64,000 bases of DNA from Candidatus Kapaibacterium sp. (GCA_025358765.1 JANYIG010000196.1:1734-65733); one strand, 5' to 3'; counted from the stretch's first letter, positions 1 through 11,300 are shown. Translations and numbers: made by a program. The notes: generated by a model from the letters alone, not told the origin.

Positions 1-705
1 AGCTTAGACAAGCTCCGTTCGCGCATTATTCGCATGGGGAGTTTGGTAGAGGAACAAGTTGAGTTCGCCATCCGCGCCGTTTTAGAGGATAAACGTGAAT
101 TTGCCTCCATCGTGATGGAACGCGACGACAAAGTGGATAAACTTGACATTAAAATTGACAAGCAATGTCAAAAAATTTTCGCGCTGCATCAGCCCGTAGC
201 CAGCGATTTACGCCTGCTGCTCGTGGCGCTTCGATTGAACAACGAATTAGAGCGTACGGGAGATTTGGCGTTTAATATTTCTCGTCAAATGCTTGGTATG
301 AAGAATGCTGCGGCATTAGCCGAGCGCATAGGTTTGGAGCAACTCACCCAAGCTACGTTTACGATGGTCAAAGGCGCATTGGATTCTTTCGTGAATAACG
401 ACCCACAACTTGCTTACCAAATCATGCGGACGGATGATCAGGTTGACCGACTGACCAAAGAGTTCACCGATGATTTGGTGCAAAAGATGAAAAAAGATGC
501 CGACATGATTGAAGAAGGGGTGGCAATGATTACCATTGTCCGCACGTTGGAACGCATGGCAGACCAAGCAACGAACATAGCGGAAAACGTTATTTTCTTG
601 GTTGAGGCAAAATTAGTCCGTAATACCCCGTCAACACGACACGAAAGCGAGCGTTACTCCGACGACTCAGAGCGCGATGACTCAGAGCATGATGATGATC
701 TGTAA
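1..705 (+). CDS. phoU: Phosphate-uptake regulator PhoU, 5' end cut by the window edge
   Basis: Frame 1 is open from nt 1 (SLDKLRSRIIR precedes the first Met at 34), so the start lies upstream of the window. The two-fold PhoU helical repeat is visible (RDDKVDKLD... and TDDQVDRL...; ERMADQATNIAENVIF). There is an atypical acidic tail, HESERYSDDSERDDSEHDDDL. Confidence 0.85.
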   Translation, partial: SLDKLRSRIIRMGSLVEEQVEFAIRAVLEDKREFASIVMERDDKVDKLDIKIDKQCQKIFALHQPVASDLRLLLVALRLNNELERTGDLAFNISRQMLGMKNAAALAERIGLEQLTQATFTMVKGALDSFVNNDPQLAYQIMRTDDQVDRLTKEFTDDLVQKMKKDADMIEEGVAMITIVRTLERMADQATNIAENVIFLVEAKLVRNTPSTRHESERYSDDSERDDSEHDDDL

Positions 706-752
706 CACAGCGTCCTGAGCAACTCAAGCAATAATGTTTAAGCAAAAATTTC

Positions 753-808
753 AAGGCATGCGTTAACTGCATTCAGGTCAACTGTATTCAGGTCGCGATG
801 CCTTTTTT
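753..808 (+). terminator. Probable phoU terminator hairpin followed by a T-run
   Basis: AAGGCATGCG (753-762) pairs with CGCGATGCCTT (794-804) and is followed by TTTTTT. The loop is a 2x15-bp direct repeat, aactgcattcaggtc/aactgtattcaggtc (765-794). Confidence 0.45.
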
Positions 809-820
809 ATTGACTATAGA

Positions 821-993
821 TAGATATTGAACTTTAGATAAACTTCTGGAAACCGCATCAAACCTTACGCGCAAGAACCCCACTCAATCTCCCCTTATAA
901 GGGGAGAAGCAAGACGCAACACGTCTTCGTGGCGGCTTGTAGAGGGGTGATGCGCTCGAGGATGGTCAAGATTATCTAAACTTCAATAGATAA
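821..993. other. Nested inverted-repeat element (structured RNA or MITE-like) in the phoU-mreB spacer
   Basis: Outer arms tagatattgaactttagataa (821-841) and ttatctaaacttcaatagata (973-993) are complementary at 18/21 positions. Inside are a GCGCA..CCCC / GGGG..TGCGC stem, a perfect 20-bp palindrome tctccccttataaggggaga (888-907) and a hairpin AAGACGcaacaCGTCTT. No ORF is present. Confidence 0.3.
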
Positions 994-1160
994 GGACGGA
1001 TAAAAGCCATCCACGCCGAAATTTCTTGAAAATTTTCTGTACTTTCTGCATATTACATATCTGTTTTGTTCTTTTGAACAAGCGGAATGAAAAAATTGGA
1101 ACTCCTGTTCCCGCAAAACACCCAAACTTCGACATCACGTAAGCTATCAACATTGTCCGT

Positions 1161-2186
1161 ATGGCTTCTTTGAACTTGTTCTCGAACGATATTGCTATTG
1201 ATTTAGGTACCGCCAATACACTGATTTGGGTAAAAGGCAAAGGCATCGTTCTCAACGAACCGTCTATTGTTGCATTCGACCGCGTGACAAAGCGCATTGT
1301 AGCTATTGGGCGCGAGGCACAGTCAATGTTGGGCAAAACGCACAAAGATATCCGCACTATTCGTCCAATGAAGGATGGTGTGATTGCTGATTTCGAGATA
1401 GCCGAAGGTATGTTGCGAGCATTTATTCGCAAGATTTCACCACAGTGGCAACCTGCACGGCGTGTAGTAGTATGCGTACCGTCGGGTATTACCGAAGTTG
1501 AAAAACGCGCCGTCCGCGATAGTGCTGAACATGCTGGCGCGAAAGAAGTCTATTTGATTGCTGAGCCAATGGCAGCCGCTATCGGTATTGACCTCAACGT
1601 CGCAGAGCCAGTGGGGAACTTGATTGTAGATATTGGGGGTGGAACAACGGAAATTGCGCTTATATCGCTTTCTGGCATTGTCGGGCATGAATCCATACGC
1701 ATTGCAGGTGATGAAATGACGGATTCCATCGTGCAATACTTCAAGAAAAATTGTGGCATTCTTATAGGCGAACGCACTGCCGAACTTATTAAATGTCAAG
1801 TCGGCTCTGCCGTACCATTCCAAGATGAAATCGACATTGAAGTTAAAGGTCGTGACCTCGTTGCTGGTGTGCCGCGTATGATTATGGTTAGCACCGCAGA
1901 AATCCGTGCCGCGCTGAACGAACCTGTGGTCGCAATGGTGGATGCAATTCGCACGTTGTTGGAACGAATGCCGCCCGAACTTTCTGCCGATATTTTTGAC
2001 CGAGGAATTATGCTTACAGGCGGCGGTGCGCTGCTCAAAGGGTTAGATGAACGCATTCGCCGTGAGACGAATCTTCCTGTCCACGTTGCAGAAGACCCAC
2101 TTTCAGCCGTCGTGCGTGGCACGGGCAAAGTGTTGGAAAACTTGAACGATTATTCGGCAGTGCTTATCAAAAGCCGCCGCTATTAA
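1161..2186 (+). CDS. mreB: Rod-shape-determining actin homologue MreB
   Basis: The N-terminus DIAIDLGTANTLIW, phosphate-2 motif VDIGGGTTEIA, and LTGGGALLKGLD are all present. Length is 341 aa and mreC-mreD follow. Confidence 0.95.
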   Translation: MASLNLFSNDIAIDLGTANTLIWVKGKGIVLNEPSIVAFDRVTKRIVAIGREAQSMLGKTHKDIRTIRPMKDGVIADFEIAEGMLRAFIRKISPQWQPARRVVVCVPSGITEVEKRAVRDSAEHAGAKEVYLIAEPMAAAIGIDLNVAEPVGNLIVDIGGGTTEIALISLSGIVGHESIRIAGDEMTDSIVQYFKKNCGILIGERTAELIKCQVGSAVPFQDEIDIEVKGRDLVAGVPRMIMVSTAEIRAALNEPVVAMVDAIRTLLERMPPELSADIFDRGIMLTGGGALLKGLDERIRRETNLPVHVAEDPLSAVVRGTGKVLENLNDYSAVLIKSRRY

Positions 2187-2305
2187 CGCTTTTCCCGATA
2201 CCATCGGGATAAAGTTTTACGTTTTGAATTGACAGGCGTGAAAGCAGCATCACACCATAAATTCAGAACTTTAGTACGTAAAACTCACTACTCCTACCTT
2301 CTCCG

Positions 2306-3148
2306 ATGTTCCGATTTATTGAGCTTATTGTCCGATTCAAAGAATACGTCATTCTCGCGGCGCTTATTGTGATGAGCATTGCGCTGATGAGTTTTGGTAA
2401 TGCCGCGAAATTAGGCGGTTTTCGGACAATTATCATCGGCACAATTGGAGTGTTGCAAAGTGTCGTCGCATCGGTTCCGAACCTGCTTACCATTACCAGC
2501 GAAAACGCAGCCCTTCGTGACCTAACCTATCGGTTGAATCAAGAACTCATTAACACACGCAAATCAATCACGGAAAATCAGCGCTTCCGTGAGCTTCTTG
2601 CTGTCAAAGACAGCGTGGAATATCCAGTGGTGACAAGTAAAATCGTGGGGCGTACGATGGACAAAACACGGTATTATCTGACGATAAATGCGGGAAAAAA
2701 AGACAGTATTCAAGAAAGCATGGCAGTCGTGAATTATCGCGGCTTAGTGGGTTATGTATTCTCCACATCCGACCACTATGCGATTGTCCAAACAATCCTT
2801 GACCGTAATACACGCATCGCAAGCCGCGTGGAACGTACTCGGGTGAGCGGTATTGTGGCTTGGGATGGCGGGGATGGATTATGGCTCAAAAACGTCCCGA
2901 AAACCGATACGGTAGTTGTGGGCGACATTGTGGTAACCTCCAGCTATAGCAGTCGCTATCCGTCGGATATTGTCATCGGGCGTGTGATGGAGGTACGCGA
3001 TGAGCCGAATACGCTGTTTAGCAAAATTCGCCTTGAGGCGGCGGTGCAATTCCCAACGATTGAATATGTACTTGTACGCCGTCAGCAGCCTGATCCCGAA
3101 CGTTTGATGATTGAAGAAATGTTAGAAAAAAAAATGCAGAAAAAATGA
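2306..3148 (+). CDS. mreC: Rod-shape-determining protein MreC
   Basis: It sits immediately after mreB. It has an N-terminal TM helix, a coiled-coil segment (ENAALRDLTYRLNQELINTRK) and a C-terminal beta domain (GDIVVTSSYSSRYPSDIVIGRV). Confidence 0.85.
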   Translation: MFRFIELIVRFKEYVILAALIVMSIALMSFGNAAKLGGFRTIIIGTIGVLQSVVASVPNLLTITSENAALRDLTYRLNQELINTRKSITENQRFRELLAVKDSVEYPVVTSKIVGRTMDKTRYYLTINAGKKDSIQESMAVVNYRGLVGYVFSTSDHYAIVQTILDRNTRIASRVERTRVSGIVAWDGGDGLWLKNVPKTDTVVVGDIVVTSSYSSRYPSDIVIGRVMEVRDEPNTLFSKIRLEAAVQFPTIEYVLVRRQQPDPERLMIEEMLEKKMQKK

Positions 3149-3200
3149 GTTTGTTGTAATACCAAACAGCGAATGTCAATGCGACAAATGAACTGAATTT

Positions 3201-3746
3201 ATGGCTTTTTTTCGCCGTGAAAACTACCTTAGTGACCAACCGCCAGCGCTTGCTAATCCAACGCTGCGCTATCTTACGTACGCCATTATCGCATTATTGC
3301 TCTCGGTGTTGCATGTCGTATTTGTTCCGTTCGTGGCATTAGAGGGTGTAACACCGGATTTACTTCTCATCTGGGGTGTATGGATTGCTTTTCAGGAGGG
3401 ACAGCTTGTGGGGATGCTTGTAGGCTTCGGTTCTGGTTTGGTATTCGACGTGGTGGCATCCGAAGTGTTGGGCAGCAATGCGCTTGCAAAGGTCATCGCA
3501 GTGTTTATCGCGGGCTATTTCTACAAAGAGGGCATGGAGCGCCAACGAGCTGGTAGTTGGCTATTCGTCATTGCCGTGTTGCTTTGTGGCTTTGTTCACA
3601 ACTTGATTTATTACTTTTTCTATATTCGCCCAACGGACATCGAATTCATCCCATTTTTCCTAAAATACGGCGTTTACACGACGCTTTACACCACAGTGCT
3701 TGCCGTTATTCCAAAATTGTTTGTTTCCCGAAAAACTGATTTTTGA
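3201..3746 (+). CDS. mreD: Rod-shape-determining protein MreD (polytopic membrane protein)
   Basis: This is the third gene of the mreBCD arrangement. The protein is 181 aa and very hydrophobic, with about 5 predicted TM segments. The assignment rests on position and hydrophobicity only. Confidence 0.6.
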   Translation: MAFFRRENYLSDQPPALANPTLRYLTYAIIALLLSVLHVVFVPFVALEGVTPDLLLIWGVWIAFQEGQLVGMLVGFGSGLVFDVVASEVLGSNALAKVIAVFIAGYFYKEGMERQRAGSWLFVIAVLLCGFVHNLIYYFFYIRPTDIEFIPFFLKYGVYTTLYTTVLAVIPKLFVSRKTDF

Positions 3747-3831
3747 ACCGAGCTTCTTGCTCTTATCTGCTTTGTACGGTAGATGTGAGCTTTATACACT
3801 GTTCAAAACTCACCTTTTATAGCTTTAAAAA

Positions 3832-6800
3832 ATGTATTTATCGCACATTGAGATCCTCGGATTTAAGTCCTTCGCACAAAAAACAAACGTGAAATTCAAC
3901 ACCGGCATGACGGCAATTGTCGGTCCAAATGGCTGTGGTAAAACCAACGTCGTGGATGCAATTCGTTGGGTATTAGGCGAGCAAAAGGCTTCCACACTCC
4001 GTTCCGATAAGATGTACGATGTCATTTTCAACGGAACTAAAAGCCGCCGCCCGCTTGGATTGGCGGAAGTATCGCTGATTATTGATAACAACCGCAATGT
4101 GCTTCCCACAGAATACACGCAGATAAAACTCACGCGGCGTTTGTTCCGAAGCGGTGAAAGTCAATACTTGATGAACGGGACGGAATGCCGCTTGCGCGAC
4201 ATCAATGACCTGTTTATGGACACGGGCATGGGACCCGATGCGTACTCGGTGATCGAGTTAAAAATGATTGAAACCATCCTCAGCAACCGCACTGACGAGC
4301 GTCGTCGTCTGTTCGAGGAAGCTGCGGGGGTAACAAAATACAAATCCCGCCGAAAAGAAGCAGAGCGCCGTCTTGAAGCCGTGCAAGGGGATTTAACGCG
4401 CATTCAAGATATCGTATCCGAAGTACAAAAAACCGTACGGAGCCTGTCGCGTCAAGCTGCGAAGGCAAAATTAGCGGCAGAAATTAAGCAAAAATACAGC
4501 CGTGTGGAGCGTGCGGTGATGTTGATTGAGTATGCGGCACTCGTGGAGCAAATTAAACCTCTGCAAGCGAGAATTGAAGCGGAGCGTGCAACTAAAGAGC
4601 GCCTTGAAAACGACATAAATGACCAAGAATACATGCTTGCGGAGCTTCAGCGTGAACAAGATACCATTGAACAGCGTTTGGGCGAAGCGGAGAATGCATA
4701 TGCCGATGCAAACCAGCACGTAGCCTTTGCATCCAAAGAGCTTGCGGTGGCGGATGAGCGCCTGATTGCTTTACAACGCTCGCGCGAACGCTTGCTCCGC
4801 GAGGCGGTTGAGCTTCGCCAGACGGTAGAGCAAACGAGCATTCGCCTTGAGGAATGCCGTTTGCACAAAGAATCACTCGCATCTGAATTTCGTAGCGCAG
4901 AGAACGACTTTTCTCGTGCCAAAATACTTGCCGACGAGATGAGTACTCATATGCAAAGTGTTCGTGGTCGTGTTCGTAGTGCGAACGATGCTGTGATGAC
5001 CACAATGAACCAGATCAACGCTGTTCGCGCTACTTCGGAGCGCACTATTGCATCTATCAATGCCCTCCAACGCCGCATCGAAGAGACAGATCGTATGATG
5101 CAGCAAAACCAAGAACGTGCTGCCAGCCTTCACCGCGAGTACGAAAGTGCTCTGGCACGGCTTGTGGAATTTGACCACGCCGTAGAAGATGCACAGAGCG
5201 AATTACAAACCGCGCAAGAGGAGCAGCAAAGCCTGCAATCTACTATTGATGCCACAAAACAGGAGATTGCAAGTCTTCAAGCAGAATTCAGCCGCAAAAG
5301 CGCATCGTTAGAGTTTTTACAAGGTTTGGTAAGTAGTGCCGAAAGCGGGCAATTTTTAATGGATACTCCCACGTGGCAGCCCGCACAACGCCTTATTCTC
5401 GCGGACGCTTTCGATGCTGATGCGCCGATTCGCATTGCGCTGGAGTCTGCATTAGGTGATGCGGCGCAATACTTTGTCGTGGAAACCGCCCAGGAAGCGG
5501 CTGCTGGGATGGCGGCGCTGCGCGATGGTGGTAAAGGCAAAGCGACGTTTGTGTGTTTGGAGCGCGTGCCCAGTGTTGAAGCGCCTTCCAACGTTACAAC
5601 GAATGAAGGCGTTCTTGGCTGGGCGAGCGAACTTGTGCGCCTTGCGGGAACAGACGAGCGTTTACGCTGGGTGTTGCGTGGATTGTTGGGTAAAATGCTT
5701 GTCGTACAATCATTAGAGATTGCTCAAAATTTGGTGTCGCAGGGAATTGCAGATGCCGCAGTTTCGCTCAATGGTGAGGTCGTAAGCAAATCGGGTATGA
5801 TGCGTGGCGGTGGCACAAAACCCAGTGAAGGCGCGGCAATTGGCAAACGAGAGCATATTGAACAGCTTCAACGCGAGATAGCCGAATTGCAAACCAGTAT
5901 TGAAGCCGAGCGTGACGAGTTGAACACGAACATCACACAGTTGCGCGAGATTGACGTGAAACGCCTTAGTGAAGCGCTTCGTCAGGCAGAAACCGCCAAA
6001 AATAAGCATGAACAAACGGTAGCACAACTTGATTACCAACAGCGTTCGCTCGAAGAGGCAATGGAGTCTCGTCAGAGCGATATCGAAAAATTTAGGAGTG
6101 AAATTCGTTCGCTTGAAGAAGCGGCGCAGACGCAGGGAGCGTCAGGAGTGAACGATTTGGATAAGCTCCAACACGAAAAATTGCAAGCCGAGCAAGACCT
6201 TGCCATCACACAGACTGCTTTACACAACGCGGAGGAGCAATTCTCGCTCGCAAGCGATGATGCCCGAAAAGCAGAGCTTGCGCTTGTGCAGTTTCGCAAC
6301 GATGAACGCACTCTTGCAAGCGAGATACAGCGCCTTGAGCAGGAATGCATTAGTCTCGATAAGCGCATTGCAGACCGCGAGCGTGAGGCAGAAAGCACTG
6401 TTCAAGAAGCAGAGACCCTGCAAGATCGTGCAAATGAGCTTTCAAGCAGCTTCGAAGCATTGCAACACGAGGCGCAGGAAGCACTTTTAATCCGTAATGC
6501 TATTGCCCAAGAGCAAGCGGAATTGCGGAAGCGTTTGGCACAACAAAACGAGGAACTCCGCTCAGTGCGTCGTGAATACGAGAGCCTGACGGCAAAAGTA
6601 CACGAATATGAATTGCAGCTTACAAATTTGAGTAACCGTGCAGATGGCTATAGAACTCGTGCTCAGGAAGAATTTACGTTCGATATTGACAACCCGCCGC
6701 CAGAAGAGCCGATGCAAGAAACAATCGAGGAATTTGAAGCACTTTTCACTATCAGTGATTCAAAAAACAGCCTTGATGCGCTGAAATCGGAATCGAAGGC

Positions 6801-7464
6801 GCTCAAATCGCAGATTCAGTCTATCGGTACGGTGAATCCGCTTGCATATGAAGAATACGAAAACGAAAGTCAGCGGTTAGAGTTTTTGGAGACGCAGTTT
6901 AAGGATTTGCAGGAGTCGGAACATACGCTTAAACACACGATTCAAGAAATCAATCAAACCGCGCAAAAGCAGTTCTACGATGTGTTTGAGCGCATTCGTA
7001 CAAACTTCATTAGCATTTTTACATCGCTTTTCAACGAGGGTGACGAGGCGGATTTGCAGATTGAGGAAGGCGATCCGCTCGAAGCAGCCATCCGCATCAC
7101 CGCAAAGCCGCGCGGAAAGCGCCCAAGCTCCATTGATATGCTCTCCGGCGGTGAAAAAACATTGACCGCGATTGCACTCTTGTTTGCGATTTACCTTGTC
7201 AAACCTAGCCCGTTCTGTATTCTGGACGAAGTAGATGCGCCGCTTGATGATGCAAATATTGACCGCTATATTCGTTTGATTCGGAAATTCAGCGAAAGCA
7301 CACAGTTTATCATGATTACGCACAATAAACTGACGATGGAAGCCGCCGAGACGCTGTATGGCGTGACGATGGAAGAAGAAGGTGTCTCGAAGGTTGTATC
7401 TGTGCGGTTTTCGGAGTACGAGCGGAAGGAAGAGTCGGTTGCGGAGGTGCTGGAAGCCGCATAA
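3832..7464 (+). CDS. smc: Chromosome segregation protein SMC
   Basis: Walker A GPNGCGKTNVVDAIRWVLGEQ is present, followed by very long Glu/Gln/Leu/Arg-rich coiled coils and a central hinge region. The C-terminal signature LSGGEKTLTAIALLFA and Walker B ILDEVDAPLDDAN are present. Length is 1210 aa. Confidence 0.95.
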   Translation: MYLSHIEILGFKSFAQKTNVKFNTGMTAIVGPNGCGKTNVVDAIRWVLGEQKASTLRSDKMYDVIFNGTKSRRPLGLAEVSLIIDNNRNVLPTEYTQIKLTRRLFRSGESQYLMNGTECRLRDINDLFMDTGMGPDAYSVIELKMIETILSNRTDERRRLFEEAAGVTKYKSRRKEAERRLEAVQGDLTRIQDIVSEVQKTVRSLSRQAAKAKLAAEIKQKYSRVERAVMLIEYAALVEQIKPLQARIEAERATKERLENDINDQEYMLAELQREQDTIEQRLGEAENAYADANQHVAFASKELAVADERLIALQRSRERLLREAVELRQTVEQTSIRLEECRLHKESLASEFRSAENDFSRAKILADEMSTHMQSVRGRVRSANDAVMTTMNQINAVRATSERTIASINALQRRIEETDRMMQQNQERAASLHREYESALARLVEFDHAVEDAQSELQTAQEEQQSLQSTIDATKQEIASLQAEFSRKSASLEFLQGLVSSAESGQFLMDTPTWQPAQRLILADAFDADAPIRIALESALGDAAQYFVVETAQEAAAGMAALRDGGKGKATFVCLERVPSVEAPSNVTTNEGVLGWASELVRLAGTDERLRWVLRGLLGKMLVVQSLEIAQNLVSQGIADAAVSLNGEVVSKSGMMRGGGTKPSEGAAIGKREHIEQLQREIAELQTSIEAERDELNTNITQLREIDVKRLSEALRQAETAKNKHEQTVAQLDYQQRSLEEAMESRQSDIEKFRSEIRSLEEAAQTQGASGVNDLDKLQHEKLQAEQDLAITQTALHNAEEQFSLASDDARKAELALVQFRNDERTLASEIQRLEQECISLDKRIADREREAESTVQEAETLQDRANELSSSFEALQHEAQEALLIRNAIAQEQAELRKRLAQQNEELRSVRREYESLTAKVHEYELQLTNLSNRADGYRTRAQEEFTFDIDNPPPEEPMQETIEEFEALFTISDSKNSLDALKSESKALKSQIQSIGTVNPLAYEEYENESQRLEFLETQFKDLQESEHTLKHTIQEINQTAQKQFYDVFERIRTNFISIFTSLFNEGDEADLQIEEGDPLEAAIRITAKPRGKRPSSIDMLSGGEKTLTAIALLFAIYLVKPSPFCILDEVDAPLDDANIDRYIRLIRKFSESTQFIMITHNKLTMEAAETLYGVTMEEEGVSKVVSVRFSEYERKEESVAEVLEAA

Positions 7465-7514
7465 AATGAAGAGGGTTTTTGTTTGTAGCGGCGTGGTACT
7501 TTAACACCTATCAA

Positions 7515-8207
7515 TCATTTTTTCTCGTCGGAGGTTGCCGCCTGCTTGCGTTCAATGGGTCGAATGCTGATTTCCTTGAAATATACTACATCGTTGTCGC
7601 TATGATTTTGCAAGCCGATATATCCTTCGTTGGGGCGTTTGCCACGCTCTGGCTCTGATGGATTCTTGCGAGCGGGTACATCATCACCTTCAGTAAACTC
7701 TGTCACTTTCGCACCGTTGACTGTTACGTGGGTTGTCGCCCCGTCAATGGTAATTTCAAGTGTATTCCACTCATTTGGCTTGCTAAAACGATTCATTGCC
7801 TTCGTAAACGAGTATAACGTTCCTGTCGTGTGGTAGTCATCTCCGGAGTCGTCTATCTGAACTTCATAGCCCTTATTCACCGCCATCCAAGGTTCAGTTG
7901 GACGTTGTGGGATGCGAATGAATACACCAGAGTTAGATTTCTTATTCGTCGTTTTGTACACCACACGCACAACAGTGTTGCCAATAATGCGCTCGGTGTA
8001 CCACAACAATCCCATCCCGCCTTGTGTTTTAAGCAATCCTTTTTCGATAATAAATTGCCCTGCGCCGCAATGCTGCCACCCATTCACATCTTTTCCGTTG
8101 AACAACTGTGCTCTCATGCTCACAGGCATTGTTTGAGCGGGCAAAAAAGCGGTAGCAATACAGACGAGAAATAAAGCGCTTAGAAGCGATTTGATATATC
8201 CGTTCAT
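7515..8207 (-). CDS. Secreted DUF1080 (3-keto-disaccharide hydrolase-like) beta-jelly-roll protein
   Basis: Motifs LFNGKDVNGWQH..., SNSGVFIR, GYEVQIDD, and GYIGLQNHSDNDVVYFKEISIRPI are present. I placed the start at the internal Met (MNGYIKSLLSALFLVCIATAFLPAQ) because it begins a signal peptide. The track ORF extends to 8288. Confidence 0.75.
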   Translation of the reverse strand: MNGYIKSLLSALFLVCIATAFLPAQTMPVSMRAQLFNGKDVNGWQHCGAGQFIIEKGLLKTQGGMGLLWYTERIIGNTVVRVVYKTTNKKSNSGVFIRIPQRPTEPWMAVNKGYEVQIDDSGDDYHTTGTLYSFTKAMNRFSKPNEWNTLEITIDGATTHVTVNGAKVTEFTEGDDVPARKNPSEPERGKRPNEGYIGLQNHSDNDVVYFKEISIRPIERKQAATSDEKK

Positions 8208-8384
8208 AAAAATTTCGTCAAGAAGGTGAAGCGTGTTGTGTTTGATTATCTGATAGAGAGCATAGACGAGGAAAATCCCTGTCCGCAATACTCATGGCAA
8301 ACATAAAGGCAAACGTAGCGTGATTTGCCCTGATTTCCAAGATAAAATTTGGTAAGATTATCCACATTCGCGCCTACCATGTCG

Positions 8385-11300
8385 TTATTGCTTTAACGGT
8401 TCTACGACAGGCGTTTTGACGGTAATTTCCACCATACGGCAATAGAATCGTCCTTCGGGTAAATCGTTGTCGAACAAAAAGGGCGATTCACCCGCGCCAA
8501 CAATCTTTGCACCATTCAGACGCATAAGCTCCGCAACGGCTTTTGCCCTATCATCGGAGAGCTTGCGATTATAGTCCGCATCGCCTACACGGTCGGTATA
8601 ACCTGTAATGGTAACCATTGTTTCCGGCTGCAATCGGCGGCGTATCTGCTCTCGAATTTGTTCCGCCATGCGGATGTTTTGCTGCGAGACGGTGGTTTTA
8701 TCGAAGTCGAAAAACATTAACGAATAGCGGTCAAACTGTGCGTCCGATGCGGCAATTTGCCTCTTTTGATCGCGCGTAACGAAGCGTAGTGGAAGGCTTG
8801 CAACCTGTGTTCGGACAACCTGACCGTTTTTATCACTCACCCGCAGTCTATACTCCAATTTGGGAGTTTTGTTGGTTTCGACCATGCTTTTAAGCGTATT
8901 TAACTCCTCGCCAAGTAAACGATAGTCAACCGTCCGCACGGTTGCGTCTGTTCCGTGCAATTCACGGATAACGCGACCATCTGAGAGAATATCAATACTC
9001 CACGATGCAATCGCTCCTATACCGTCATCAGATTGCATCACGGGTTGGAAGCGGATTGTTTCCGGTGTTGCAACACTGTACGCATTGTCCTCAATAACTG
9101 GAGAAATCGTACTTTGTGGTTCAAGAAGAATCTCCACACGGCGATTTTCCGCCATGCCATCCTCCGTCTGACTGTTCGAGGCACGGTCAGGTTTATTCCG
9201 TGCTTGAATCTTGATGCGCCGTTCGTTGATGCCCCACACTGTTGTGAAATATTGCTTTACCGCCAGAGTACGCTGGCGGGAAAGCTCCATACCATTGCGT
9301 TCGCCGCGTATGTCGGCATTGCAACCTACAAGCCGCACTGTGATTGTCGGATTGGTGTTGAGATAATCACCAAGCAAATTCAGAACGTTGTAATAAAGCT
9401 GGAAAGTGCTAATGTTCTGGTGTGCAAGCATCGGTCGAGAAATTTTCACTGAATCCCTTGTTAATTGCAGGTAGCGGGGAGGAATCTGTGCTGAATTTTC
9501 CTCGAAAAATACGTAATTGAGTAACGGACGAGTCACAATGCTACGAAACTCCTCCACCCGCACCGTATCTCGTGTTGGGATAATTGCCCGTTCATTGCCA
9601 GATTCATCCACAATACTTGCGCTCAATGAGGCGGTGAGATTACTGGCCGTGCCTTCACCTGCAAATTGTACCACAACTGGCTTCTGAACGCTTGCGATTT
9701 CAAACGCAATCCCCCCCGTTGTTCTGCCCGTGCGTTGGGGCGTGAAGCGCACCGAAACACTCACGGAGCTATGTGGTGGTAGGATAAGAGGCGCGGAGAC
9801 TGAAGGCATACTGGCTGAAAGTAAAGCGGCTGAACTTATCGAATCGCCCGATAATGCTATGTCGAGGATATGAAACTGTGCTGTATCCGGTGCTGTCGTC
9901 CGAATGCGGGTAATCGTCATGGGAACGTCGCCCGTATTGCGAAGCAAAGCGCAATTTGTGTCTTTGCTTTGCCGTAAGCGAATATCACCCATGTTCACAA
10001 GCGCTGTAAGTGTATCAAATGTTTTGACAACACCGATTCCACGAACAACCGAGCGTAGTGTATCGGTGAAGGTAATAACTTCCATCGTTGCTGTTCGTTC
10101 ACCCCTCATGGCAGGTGTAAAGTGAAATTCCAGCGGACGTGATGTTCCGGCAGGTATGTCAAATGGTGGAAGTTGAGAAATGAGGCTAAATTCTGCCGAT
10201 GCGGTTGTATCGTTCAGAAGACGGATATCTTGCACTCGTACGATGGCTTCCGTTGCCGTTTCCAGATTAGTGATGGAGGTATTGACGGTTGTATCCGTGC
10301 TAAAACCGACCATTGCCGAACCTACGGAAATGTTTTGTACGGCGGCTCGTGGTACGCGAACCGTGAATGGTGCATCCGACACATCTTTTTGCAGAAAGCC
10401 ACCGCCAATATCCCACACTTTCCCATCGGTGTCAATGCTGGCAGCCACAACGCGCGAGGCATCAGGGTTGAACGCCGCATGGTGGAAGCCACTGAGCGGA
10501 CCTCTGACTGTGTTGGCAATGGTCGCAAGGAGCATCCCAGAATCTGCATCCCAAATTCTCAGCGTTCCGTCAGAACTTGCCGTCAGAACGCGCATCCCGT
10601 CAGGGCTAAACGCCGCCGACCAAATGACACCTGTGTGACCTTTGAGTATAAGGAGTATTTTTCCGGTTCGTACATTCCAAATCCGGGCTGTTTTGTCGGC
10701 ACCAGCTGTGACAATTCTTGTGCCGTCGGGGCTAAATGAACCGTGATATACTTCACCCGTATGACCAATAAACGAACGGTCGGGTAGGTGAAATCTACGA
10801 TTGCCAAAACCATCTTTGATGGATTCCTCAGTGCTTGACGATACGCTCCAATACTGCGCTCCGGAAGCGCTGGAGGTAAGGATATGAGAGCCATCGGGGC
10901 TGAATGCAACATTATACCATGCTCCTGCAAAATCCAGCATAAAAAATTTCCCAAATGTCAAATTGGGTAGTCGCCAGAGGACAATCAGTCCTTGGTCTAA
11001 CGTCGTTGCAAGGTATTTGCCAGCGGGGTCGAAAGCCATCGAACTCACCCTATGAACATAACTATTGCGCTGACCTGACAGGCGCATAAGATCGTATGTT
11101 TGCGTACTACCCGTTGGCGTGATTCCCGTAATATATTGTCCATTCTCAGCATTCCAAATCCGAACAGCATTCAAATCGTCCACTGTTGCCACGACAACAC
11201 CATTCGGATGAAATAGCGCTTGATTAACCTTTGCTGGATGAGGTAAAATGCCAATCAACATCCCTGTGTTCGCATCCCAAACACGAGCGGTTTTGTCGGC

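Noticed and set aside
4161-7514. Numerous 60-150-aa minus-strand ORFs within smc
   Set aside because: The repetitive coiled-coil codon usage (GAA/CAG/GCG) leaves the antisense frames open. All lie inside the strongly supported smc frame.
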